Source of the DNA: Takakia lepidozioides
Lineage: Eukaryota > Plantae > Bryophyta
Reading direction: 5' to 3'
Assembly (NCBI GenBank): GCA_030704615.1
Contig: CM060732.1
Location: 29,140,001 to 29,204,000 of the forward strand
DNA length: 64,000 nucleotides
Made by a program: the position numbers and the translations under genes
The notes under the pieces: model-generated
What the model saw: only the letters and a program-made list of their open reading frames with translations
What the model was told of the DNA's origin: nothing
Database searches by the model: none
Shown: positions 12,049 through 43,003 of the stretch, one piece after another
How the letters are laid out: every line of letters begins with the position of its first letter
How positions within the stretch are numbered: position 1 is the first letter of the stretch

Positions 12049-14989
12049 ATGGCAGCAAGCAGCTGCCGTGTCTGGGTTTGCCCTGCGGTGGTGCCCATCG
12101 GCTCAAATGGTGGCAGGCCTCAGCCGGTATCGCGCAATACACGATTGGAGGGTTGCAATGCGGGCCTCGTCAAAGGGAGTTCTGCACAATTATTGAGACT
12201 GGCCACAGACTCACCCCGAAAGAAAGGACAAAGCATGCTGTTTTCTGCAAATGCACCACATCTCGAGGTATATCTGCCGTGTGTGTCTGAGTTTGTCGAG
12301 CCGGTTGATACACTAATGCTCATGCTGAATGTTTCCCAAGCCTCTAGTTTACAGGGTTGTGTGTGCTCTCGTCCAGGAGCAAGAGATATATAGAGAGAGA
12401 AAAAGATTTTTCTCCAAAGACATTTAAATTGAAAACGGCACCAGACATTTCTCTCCAGAGGATCATTGTGGGCTTAGTGGAGGCCTCCATAAACCTCCTG
12501 AGTGGAGGACCACAGACGACACCCTTTAGGTGTGCACCAATACAACTATTTCCAAGTCCATGAGGCAGTGGACTGGGTGCATTTGATCTCTCTCTCTCTC
12601 TCTCCCCGCCCAAACTGGGCGCGGGGTCTTCGGTCACAAGGTTACGGCAAACACTCTGTTATGAGTACATTCTCTCTGGCCAGCTAAAGGAAGGTTAATC
12701 ACCATTTTCATCTCAGCAGCTGAGGGAGAGCTGTGGTTACCCAACTGTGAGGGGTTATAGTCCGTGGGTTCAGTGGCCACAAGCGACAGTATCTGGGTAA
12801 CGGCAGCCGCACGCGTTGCAGTGTTCTGTAACAATTCCACACGAGTGCCAGACTCCAAAGTCCAGTCTTTTACTATGTTGGTTGGGTGACACAGTTTTGT
12901 CAGAGCTGCCTGCAGGTCATGCTTGGATGTCTACACATAATGAAGCATACGGTGGCTTATGTGAGCATGGCCTTCCTGTTGTGGATGTGGAGGGAGACAG
13001 CTTATGTGGATTGAGCTCAAGACACAACAATGGTCACGGTGCACTACGGCAAAACATGGTGGGGAGCAAGCCACTGACAGCAGTAGGTGGAGCTGTTGTG
13101 CACATCAGATGCACTCGAGGAGTCCCTTTCCAAACAATTTTGCAATAATTGAAGTTGGTACTCCTCTTCTTTTTGCCCTCTTTTCTGCTTGCTGCACTCC
13201 TCTGGATGGACACCACAATTCTTGTACCTCAGTCATGCCTGATCTCCCCCAGATGAACAGCTGTGAACTCGAGCTTTTATGTCAGATAGCTTCTTGCTTT
13301 TCTGTCACAAGTTTTGCAACACTAGTGACTTCAAACTTCCTCTGTGAGCAGGTGGCAATAAAAAGTTGCAGGAGAAGAATGATAGGGTGTGGGCAGCTTT
13401 TGCCAACCTTCCAGCTTTCTTTGGGTATGCAGGCTCAGCAAAAGCTGTGGGGTTGGCAAATGAAGTGCCAAATGCAGCATATGGAGAGGTGGGTGCACTA
13501 CTGGAGGTGGGAGTGCAACTGATTTATCTGGGAGCTCTGCTAGCATTATTGGGAGTTGGTAGCTTCCTAGTCGTTCGGCAAGTTCTCATCCGCCGTGAGC
13601 TGGAGTCAGCTGCAAAAGAGCTCCAGGTATGACAGTAGTGTAGGCCATCTTGTAGCAGATCTAAAGTACTCTGTAATTGTAAGAACAACCACACTTCAAG
13701 CAATGAGCTAAATAATGTGCTAAGCCTCTCTATTTTTAATGTGCAGAGGAGAGTGGCAAAAAGCAGTGAGAGAGTTGTGTTCGTAAAAGATATTACCAAC
13801 AATTTTCAGAGTCTAATTGGATGGAAGTCAAGAAAACACAGAAACATTGTTACAAGAAAAGGACAACAAGATGGAGGGAGGGAGAGAGGAGGGGGAGTAC
13901 TAAGCTCATGAATGAAATGGTGCAGGAGCGGGTACGGAGTGGGGAGGCGTCCTCTGAGGAGTATTTTGAACTGGGAGCAGTGATGTTGCGCAAAAAGTTT
14001 TATGTGCTAGCCAACAAGTACTTGGAACAAGCTATTAAAAAGTGGGATGGTGATGAGCAGGACCTTGCACAGGTCTGAGTTTTTCCTCTTCTTCTTGCAT
14101 GAGGTAGTGGCCAGTTGGTGGCTGATGGCAATCGACCTTTTGATTGATCAACTCCATCGCGTATCTGCATGAAGCAGAACCCCACAAACCATTGATTTTG
14201 ACATCTCTTATCCCCATTTCCTATCTGGTCTCCTGCGCCAGCTATGGCAACCTTTCCAAGATGCATATTAGGATACCTAGCTCTTGTTAATGGCCAGGCC
14301 AATCATAAGATATACGTGACCACCTTACAAGGTAGTGACCACAGTTCTTTGGTTGCATAGCAAATGTTTTCATATTGCAGAGAATGAAATGGTCTTTCGA
14401 GTAACATGTGAAAGCATCTCAACTGTTACCCATGACGCATTGAAAAAACTGTGTTTGCATTTGTATGCCAGGTAGTTCTTTCTAATCCGCTACAGGTCAC
14501 CATCACATTTTCATTATCACAATGCCATACCTGTACTCCATCAATTATCAGGCTAGACGAACTTGACTTGACTCACTCAGGTCACTTTCTTGGCCACTTT
14601 GGCTATGGAATCTGTGCACATGTAGAAGCTATTGCGTAAGCAAACTAAGGTTTAGTAGCGTTGATCATGCATGTAGTGCTAATTGCACAGTGTATTGGAT
14701 TGGATTGGGTCAACAGGTGTACAATGCACTGGGGTTCAGCTATTTCAGCGACAATAAGCTGGAGCAGGCCATTGGTCAATATGAGAAGGCTGTGAAGTTG
14801 CAACCAGGTTATGTCACAGCATGGAACAACCTGGGTGATGCTTATGAGAAGAAAAAGGACTTGACAAGTGCCCTGAGATCATATGAGGAGGCTCTGCAAT
14901 TCGATCCTGGTAACCGGATTGCTTCCACTCGTCGTGATGCCGTCAAGGAACGGGTTGACCGTTTTCAGGGCATTTCTTCCACAGATTAA
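12049..14989 (+). CDS. PYG7: Chloroplast TPR protein PYG7 / Ycf37 homolog (photosystem I assembly), spliced
   Basis: Confident exons ~13372-13626, 13926-14072, 14717-14989 encode [37 protein letters not shown]|[37 protein letters not shown]|[31 protein letters not shown], with GT-AG introns. The first exon (12049-12267, transit-peptide-like) and the acceptor at 13371 are tentative. Confidence 0.92.
12604..12677 (+). mobile_element. Ultra-short 3' end of the (TC)n-associated LINE, within a CT microsatellite in a PYG7 intron
   Basis: CCCGCCCAAACTGGGCGCGGGG..CACAAGGTTACGGCAAAC..TTATGAGTACATTCTCTCT matches the LINE terminus at 20674-20748; preceded by (CT)n. Confidence 0.85.
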
Positions 14990-15507
14990 TATGATTCCTT
15001 GAGAGTCACCTATATATTATCCATTCGAAGCTAGTTTTACCTGTGGACAGAGAGAAAAGGCTGACTGTGGGTAAGCTAGTGGCCATTTTCTCAACTCTGT
15101 GTGTGCCTGACACCTTGCCTCACCCCATACAAACTCCGTTGTTCGAATCCCTCCCTCAAACTTGAATGAGAGTCTGCACTCAGCCTTAATGGGGACAGTA
15201 CCATCTGTTAACCAAGTTGTGACCAAGCCTACAAAATTTGACTGGTAGGGTGAGGGAATTTTGCAGTAAGGATTTATAATTGGCCCCTAGGAAGCAATCC
15301 AAATTCAGTGTACATTATTTACAGTGTTCACAGTATTTGTTCAGCAAATCTATAGTGGGCAGGACAGACTATGAACTCTTTTTGTCTTTCCCTTTTATTA
15401 CAATCTCAGTATCCACATGTGGAAATGAATCAAGGACATAATGATGCCCTACTTAAGATATTCAACCTGTCAAAAATCAAGTTGATAATCTACATTTCCC
15501 AGAACTT

Positions 15508-24005
<8,498 letters not shown>

Positions 24006-24465
24006 CTCAACCTGACTCCGAGCTGCACTGCAGCTCCACACTACTATCCAATTAGAAGACCTGAAAACCCTAAACCCTGGGGAGTGAGATGCTACAACGA
24101 CAAGCGCATTGATAAAAAAAAACCATTGGGAGAGCAGGATTGAGTGACGATGCTCCCAAAAAAATGTAGAGTCCCGTCTTTTCTCCAAATAGCTACCTAC
24201 CCATATAATCTGGAAATCTCGATGCTTGCATTAGTGCTTTGCTTGCCTGCAGGCCTTTTTTGGCCAACCCGGAAAAAGTGACCCCCCTGGCCGGAAAAGT
24301 GGCGTAATTTGCTCATGCTTCACGGACTCCCGCTGCGTCGTTATGGGTGCAGGCGCTGCGTCCTAAGTTAGAGGATGTCCAAGATCCACACGGCCAAACG
24401 TTGAGAAGAGCAAGCAGCAGAGTTTTTCATTAGCGTGGTGCCATAGAGACCATGGGCCAGCAGAG
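24006..24465. promoter_or_regulatory. Probable bidirectional promoter / 5' UTR region between TrpRS and LeuRS, with telo-box
   Basis: 460 bp between divergent ATGs; AAACCCTAAACCCT at 24065-24078; duplicated CCGGAAAA(A)GTG at ~24269 and ~24291. Confidence 0.55.
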
Positions 24466-34902
<10,437 letters not shown>

Positions 34903-36258
34903 GATTCCGTCCAATTTTTTACTTGAATTTTGATTCTTGGTTGTAACTACTGTAGAGATCCATATAAATCTAATGATTTGAAGGCTTACAAGCTTATAAC
35001 ATTTTTGACATGTTGCTACTCCAAACAGGTCACTATAGTGTAATCTGACAAGACTGCCTAAGGTATGATTCTCAAGATACAGGAATAGTGCACATTTAAA
35101 CTTGAAACCTTTATAGGTGATGAGCAGGTAAGACCTACAACATGACACATTGTGGTGGAACTTGTAGTGAATAGCAAAGTCAATATCAACCCTCAAATTC
35201 TACTTGTGTACCCTGGCAGATATCCAGATATCCAACGGGTGGTCTCCCTATGGCGAAATGGCAGTAATTCTTTGGAGAAAGTGATAGTAATCAAATGTTT
35301 CATCTGTTTAGTACCACCACTCGTGCAACTACACAACGAAGGTGAACAGTCAACGCAAATTTCCTCCTCTCCCCCATGCCCACCCCCCCCCCTCTTGATG
35401 TGGTCTATCTGTAAATCCTTTTCGTCCTATGTCTCCTATTATTTTATTCAACTAGAAATAGTGGACTTATCAAGCTCAAGCAGGTCGTAGAGAATCATTC
35501 CAAAAGAGAAGATGTTGACACATGTGTAAGGTTGGTGCAGCTCAGGAGCCACTTGGTAATAGCATGGTTGTCACTTGTGTGGCTCATTCCTGCAGCCCTC
35601 AAGCCAAATCAACAACCCTTGCAATCAAGCTCACCACGTCAATAAGGATGCTGGCGAAAGCTCCCCATGTACGACATTGAAACTTTACACATTGTAGGAC
35701 AATAGGGCAGTATTGGCCCAATTTATAACAGGCAATAGTTGGGCAGCCTTTTCACCCATAATAGTCGAATCATATTCCACGACATATAACTTACTAGATA
35801 GAGAAGTGCCTAAACTTCCGTAGACATCGATGACCGCAACCCCTTCATCCATAAGGGGGGATAACATGATATCTTGGTGTAGTAAACAACCACACAAACG
35901 CCTTGTGAGACGACTCCCCTAATGGGGGAATGCTAGATCGTGAGCCCAGCCCCATGAGCCCATGTGGCATGAAAGTGGTCCAAGTTTGGTACCATGGAAG
36001 GTCACCCATTCCGGCAGAAATACGTCTATTAGAAACCATAATCGCAAAACCTAAATCCCATATCCAAACCTTAAACCGTAATCCCAAACTCTAAACCCTA
36101 AACCCCAACCGGAGTGAAATGAAATTGTCCAGTGAAATGCCGGGGAATGCTAGATCCTCACGTAAGTGAAAATACCATTTAGGGGATGAACAGCAATGTA
36201 AAAACGACACAGACAAAATGATTCAGTAAACCTCATTATCGTTCAATAATTCCCAATA

Positions 36259-36983
36259 TGTCGCGCACCTCCCTTCGGTAAGCTCCCCTTCACGTCATAG
36301 TTACTCGCTTTGATGCGCGCGCCTGACTCCCAACCTGGCCGCCGGGCCAACTTGGAGCTTCGGCTGCTCACCGGGACATAACGGTCCCCCTTCGCTTCCC
36401 ACTAAACCCTCCACCTATTTGGGACTAGTGGAATTCCCTTTGGTAGATGGCAGTCCGGAACAGCTCCCCACTCTTTGGTCGCTTTCCGGCTCGCTCGCTT
36501 ACTCACTAGTTTTTGGTCACCAACGGGCTTGCACCGTTCTCGGGGTTACTACTCCCTATATATACTTCTGTAGCTGTCCGCGGGGGTTTCACAACCAGCC
36601 ATGCCATTTTATGGCGAACCACCACGAAAACCCTCGACTCCCGGTGATGAGTCGCGGTGAGTCTTGGCCCACTCACCACGGCCCCTATGGACCGTGATGA
36701 GTCCCAAGACTCCCCACGACTCCCACCACGAGGTCTCCGCCCCCATGGTGAGTCCTATGCCACCCCCACTAAGTCCCGCTAAGCTACCACCACTCCTTGT
36801 GGAGCCACCCCCACCGCAACCCGGTGTGCGGGGCTCCACCTAGTGAGCGCCTCCGCCTCCTTGAGTGCATTGGGCACTCAAGGGTGCTTCAGCCCCCCAT
36901 ACCTATCGCTGCCGCTGCCCCCACCACAGGGGCAGCCCCTCATGTGTCCCGACCCCCTGCCCTCAAGGCAAAGGGCCGCGACA
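36259..36983 (-). repeat. 3' LTR
   Basis: Matches 41349-42073; only one difference seen by eye (A at 36869 vs C at 41959). Confidence 0.97.
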
Positions 36984-39900
36984 CACATCCCTACCAACAG
37001 GGAGTCGATGTCCTCATCGACTTGTCCATTTTGTAGAAACGAACATCCAAGTTGTGGCGTCCCACATCAAGGAGTTTGTTTCCGCACCATGGCGTCCCAT
37101 GGTAAAGAACCAAACCGCACACTTGACTCTACTCTCCACTAGCTAGTTCGGCCGACTTCCTCCAAGTCCCGGCCAAGGGTGGAGCCTCTCCAGCTCCTCC
37201 CAGTGCACTCTTCTTGGCCTACTTCAAGGCCAAGGAACGATCCTCCTTGAGGATCGAATCGCCTTACTGCAACAACATTGCTTGCGACCGCTCATGATGT
37301 CGCTTTTGGCATCACCTTGAGCAAGGGTTCACCTGGAACCCTCTTTGACTAGGAAGATAACCTTGAACCAACCGTGCGCCCCAATCACTACAATTGGGTC
37401 CGCCTTGGAATGCTGGCCTGAGGTACGGGAACACGCCGAAGCCGCACTACGACTTCGTCCCGAGGCTACACGATTATAGTACGTGAACGGAAGCACGTGG
37501 CTTCCGCGTTAGCCCGCACTACAAGGCAACCCCCTCGGTAGCGCAGTTATAGTACGCGCACGCGCCAGGTGCGCACTAGCATGTGAACTCCCAAAGAAGG
37601 CGCAAGTTTCCTTGCCCCTCGGATGGGGGTCACCCGATTTCGGCACTACACAAACACACGATTAACCCAATTTACCTCTCCCACTTTTATAAGCTAGCAT
37701 GCATTCTACACACTAGCCAACCATACCATGCATCACCATTTCCAAACAAAATAGGACGCACAACATTTGGAATCCATTTCATTTATAGCACGTTTTGTAC
37801 AATACAAGTTTTTGCAATCGGATTCCTAAGCTAGCTAAGCCGGGCTAAGCATGCATTTCCTCCCCCACGCTCCAAGGTTGATGTCCCCATCAAATCTTCT
37901 TCCGCTTTTGAGGTCGCCCTTCGAAAGCTGCGACCGCCTCGGATGCGTTTCCCATTTCTGAAGCACGCACCCAAGATGCCTCCACCTGATGATAGCTCTT
38001 CCATTTGACGAGATACTCCGTTTCTCGGTTCCTGAACCTCCTCGACTTAAGTATTGCCTCCACCTCGTACTCAGGTTCATTCTCATGATCCAACAGCATA
38101 GGTGGCGGACGCAACACTTGATGCCGATTCGGACGCGCTTCATCTTTGAAGTAAGGCTTCAAAAGGGAGACATGGAATACTGGGTGCACCTTGCTGTTTG
38201 CCGGCAGCTCCAATTCATACACATCCTCATTCATAACCTTCCGAATGCGAAAGGGTCCCGCATACGGAGGTACGAACTTCGGACTCACTTCCGGAGGTAG
38301 TCGGAAATTCTTGATGTTCAACCAGACCTCTGTGCCTGCCTCAAACTTCACTTCCCTCCGCTTCCGATTCGCCTGTCTTTCATACCGTTTCCTGGCTTTG
38401 GCAATGTTGTACTTTGCGAGCTTCAACAAACGCTCACGTTCTTCCAGTACCGCCGCTACTGCCGGTTCCTCAACGTCCTGGGCGGCCCAACTTGTCGGCA
38501 CCAGCGGTGCTTTTCCATAGACCAATACGAAAGGGGAAACTCCTATTGCGGAGTGTTCTGTGTTATTATAACATAACTCTGCCGCGTCTAAGTGTTCCAC
38601 CCAGTCTGTTTGGTCTGCCGACACGTAATTCCGCAAGATCTGCTTCACTACGGAATTCACTCTTTCTGTTTGGCCGTCGGTTGTAGGTCGGAAGGTGGTG
38701 CTCATCTTCAGCCTCGTCCCCATCTTCTTCCAAAGTGCCCTCCAAAATTTACTCGTAAACTTTGGATCGCGGTCCGAGACAATATCCTTGGGGACTCCAT
38801 GATGTTTTAAGACGTGGGCGAAGTAAAGTCGCCCTGTCTCCTGCGCCGTTGCCATCTCTTTGGTGGGGATGAAATGGCCCATTTTACTGAACCTATCCAC
38901 CACCACCATGATTGTATCGAATCATTTTGACAGCGGCGCATAGCAGTCATGAAATCCATCGAGACGCTTTCCCAAGTCCCCTCTGGAATTGGCAAGGGTT
39001 GTAACAGCCCCGCTTGCTTTTTGTACTCGCTCCGGTTTTGTTGGCATGTGGTGCATGTCTTGACATACTCCTCTGCCTCCTCCCTCAGTTTGGGCCAGAA
39101 ATACTCTTTCTTCAAGAGTGCCGCAGTGCGCTTGGCTCCGCCGTGACCCGCAAGCGGGCTATCATGGCATTCTCTCAAGAGGCTATCTCTGATCCCTCCC
39201 TTCGGCACGTAGAGACGTTTTTGCTTATACCGGAGCAGTCCATTTTGCAAGTGGAACTGCGATTTAACCCCCATCCTCAAGTCCTGCATCACGGACTTTG
39301 CCAGCTCATCCTTCCGGCAAGCCTTCCGGATCTTCCTTTGGAGCGCCGTCTCGCCCTTGTACACCAACAAGAGCTGCTGCTTTCTACTTAAAGCATCGGC
39401 CACCACGTTGTCTCGTCCCGGTTTGTACTGGATATCCACGTCGAACACCGCCAAAGTATCTTGCCACCTAAGTTGTTTTGGGGACAACTTGGGCTGCGTG
39501 GCAAAATACTTCACCGTGACATTGTCTGTGAATACCTTCACTGGGTTGGAACCAACATAGTGGCGCCAAAGCTCAAGACAGTGCACCACCGCCTTCATCT
39601 CTTTTTCGTGCATCGGCCACCGTCGCTCCACTTCATTCAGTTTCTTACTTTCGTAAGCCACTGGACGTTCATCTTGCATAAGTACACCCCCAATCGCGAA
39701 GTCCGACGCATCTGTATGAATCTCAAATGGACGATCGAACTCCGGGATTTTCAAGACTGGAGCTTCCGCCATCCGCTGCTTCAATTCAGCAAAAGCTTGG
39801 CCACAAAATGTGTTCCATACCCAGACTTTGGATTTACACAGAAGGTCCGACAGCGGCCCCGCGATCTTGGCAAAATTTCTCACATACTTCCGGTAATAGG

Positions 39901-41348
39901 AGGCGAGTCCTAGGAAGGATCGCACTCCCGGGACCGAAGTCGGAGGCTCTTAGTCCAAGATCGCCCTCACCTTTCTGTCATCCATTTGGATCCCATCCTG
40001 TGTAATCACATGCCCCAAGAACTCCACTTTCGTGACCCCGAATTCGCATTTGAGGCTTTGGCGTACAGCTTCCCTTCCCGCAACTTTTGGAACACCCTTT
40101 TGAGGTGCTCTAGGTGTTCCTCCTTTGTTTTCGAGTACACCAAGATGTCGTCGATGTACACGATCACAAAGTCATCCAACCACTCCTGAAAAAGGCTGTT
40201 CATCAGCGTGCTAAAGGTCGCCGGTGCATTAGTGAGCCCAAAAGACATCACCAAGAACTCATATGAACCATACCTTGTCCTGCACGCGGTCTTCTCCTCA
40301 TCTCCTTCCGCCACCCGAATTTGATGATAGCCGGAGCGCAAGTCGATCCGGCTGAAATACTTCGCTCCTGCCAACCGGTCGAAAAGGTCATCGATCCTTG
40401 GCAAAGGGTACCGGTTTTTAATAGTCACCTTATTCAAAGCCCTGTAATCGACACACATCCGCAGCGTCCCATCCTTCTTGTCTGCGAATAGCACCGGGGC
40501 TCCGTAAGGTGACTTACTCGGCCGGATGTACCCCTTTGACATTAGATCCTTGAGTTGAGTCTTCAGCTCGACCAACTCCCTGTGGCTCAACCGGTAGGGT
40601 GCCTTGGCAGGCGGTTCCGATCCCGGTATCACCTCAATCTTGTGGTCAACTCCTCTTCGCGGTGGCAAGCCGCTTGGTAAATCCTCCGGCATCACATCCT
40701 GGTATTTCTCCAAGATCCCCTTGATCCAATCTGGGCTCGGCTCCCCATCGCCTTCTCCCTTCACTTCTCTAATGTAAAGCAAAAACTGGGGCTCGTGTGC
40801 CTCCTCCACGGCCCACTCCCTTGCTGACAGAAGGTTTATTTGCCCTCCCACGGATTTGGGCGTTTCCGACACTCGTAAAACCTCGCCACCATTCCCACAT
40901 GGCAGCGTGACTACTCTCTTGCGGCCATCTATGACCGCTCTGGATTTGCTCAAAAAGGTCATTCCCAAAATGAGATCCACTCCATCGATCTCGCAGATGG
41001 TGAAGTTCTCACGTCCCTCCCAACTCCCCAGTTGAAGAGGAACATCAAACGCCAACCTTGTCGCCAACTGTGGTTCTCCTTTGGCAGAACGCACCTCAAT
41101 AGAGGCCCCCACGTCACTTGTCGGGAGTCCCAACTTTCGCGCCGCCGCCGGTGTCATGAAGGAGTGCGACGCTCCTGTGTCCACCAACAACGACACGTTA
41201 GTTCCGGATATTATCCCATCCACGAACAATAACTGACTCCCTTTACGCAGGGCGCTAGTTTCCTGATACAACTCACAAGAATAGTTGCCTACCTTGCAAG
41301 TCCTGGCGACCACCGCTTCCACCAAGCGACTGATGGTCTGATACCAAG

Positions 41349-42073
41349 TGTCGCGCACCTCCCTTCGGTAAGCTCCCCTTCACGTCATAGTTACTCGCTT
41401 TGATGCGCGCGCCTGACTCCCAACCTGGCCGCCGGGCCAACTTGGAGCTTCGGCTGCTCACCGGGACATAACGGTCCCCCTTCGCTTCCCACTAAACCCT
41501 CCACCTATTTGGGACTAGTGGAATTCCCTTTGGTAGATGGCAGTCCGGAACAGCTCCCCACTCTTTGGTCGCTTTCCGGCTCGCTCGCTTACTCACTAGT
41601 TTTTGGTCACCAACGGGCTTGCACCGTTCTCGGGGTTACTACTCCCTATATATACTTCTGTAGCTGTCCGCGGGGGTTTCACAACCAGCCATGCCATTTT
41701 ATGGCGAACCACCACGAAAACCCTCGACTCCCGGTGATGAGTCGCGGTGAGTCTTGGCCCACTCACCACGGCCCCTATGGACCGTGATGAGTCCCAAGAC
41801 TCCCCACGACTCCCACCACGAGGTCTCCGCCCCCATGGTGAGTCCTATGCCACCCCCACTAAGTCCCGCTAAGCTACCACCACTCCTTGTGGAGCCACCC
41901 CCACCGCAACCCGGTGTGCGGGGCTCCACCTAGTGAGCGCCTCCGCCTCCTTGAGTGCCTTGGGCACTCAAGGGTGCTTCAGCCCCCCATACCTATCGCT
42001 GCCGCTGCCCCCACCACAGGGGCAGCCCCTCATGTGTCCCGACCCCCTGCCCTCAAGGCAAAGGGCCGCGACA
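41349..42073 (-). repeat. 5' LTR
   Basis: Adjacent to the PBS; matches 36259-36983. Confidence 0.97.
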
Positions 42074-43003
42074 CAATAGCTGACATTGTAAAAATCATTA
42101 AAATGACACAAACAAAGTGATTCAATAAACCGAGACTATCAGACCAAAAAACCCCAATATCTGACATTGTCAAAATCAACATAGAGACTCTCATGTTGAA
42201 ACAAGAGCACAAACATGTAAACTTTATGCACGGAGTGGACATTCGGCATTTGGTCACCCTCTAGGGATGATAATGCAAGATACACAAACCATGTGTCTTG
42301 ATAAGTCACAGTAACGAATCTCCGTTCATGCCAGGTTTTCCCTTCCGCTGCAGCCTGGGATAAATGGTGTACTGACTGGATGGATTGTCATCGGTTGTAG
42401 GCCCCTTCTTTTTTACTTACAGGAGATGTTTGCGTCAACGTAAGAGCCGGGTTCTAGTACCCCCCCCAAGCAAGCGCCCCCAAGAGGGAATCGCCCCTAA
42501 AAACGCTAGGGGGTGGTTCCATGGACACCTTTCCATTCACCCCTCTAGAAATTTTGGCACCAATTGCCATGTGGGCCCATCACATAGTACATGATAATTA
42601 ATATAAGTTTTGGATGAAAATGTCAAAATCATTCCCTCTCCTAAAATCTAACTTACTTTGGATGGAAATCAATAGTATTCTGTAAGGCTGCGTGCGCCGC
42701 TGTAGGAAAAGTCACGGGTGTCAGTTAGGGGCGCCGTGAAACTCGATTGCCCCTTGTGAAGGGACGGCTTTTTTGGGCCCCTTAGCAAGGGGCGATTCCA
42801 TGGGGGCGCCTCTTAGGGAATGTCCTATTTCGACCAATAGTGCCTCACTAATCTTGGGGGCGATTCCAGGGGGGTGGGGGGTCGTCCCCAGCTGCCGATG
42901 GAACCCGGCTCTAAGCTCCTCCAGCCATTGCAAGGATGGATTTTTTGACATTGCAATGATGGATTTTATTTATTTATTTTCGTCATTGCAAGGCAGGGAG
43001 AGA

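Larger units (their letters stand above)
36259..42073 (-). mobile_element. Ty3/Gypsy chromovirus LTR retrotransposon, recent insertion, gag-less, frameshifted pol (PR-RT-RH-INT-chromodomain)
   Basis: 725-bp LTRs TGTCGCG..CGCGACA; 5-bp TSD CAATA (36254-36258 and 42074-42078); PBS TGGTATCAGA (iMet-type) next to the right LTR; motifs [58 protein letters not shown]. Confidence 0.97.

Noticed and set aside
36045-36110. Interstitial telomere
   Set aside because: Only a few degenerate AAACCCT-like units; too short and likely part of a small repeat element.
36419-37146. Short ORFs in LTRs as a displaced gag
   Set aside because: No capsid or zinc-knuckle motifs; GC-rich LTR sequence duplicated at 41509-42120.
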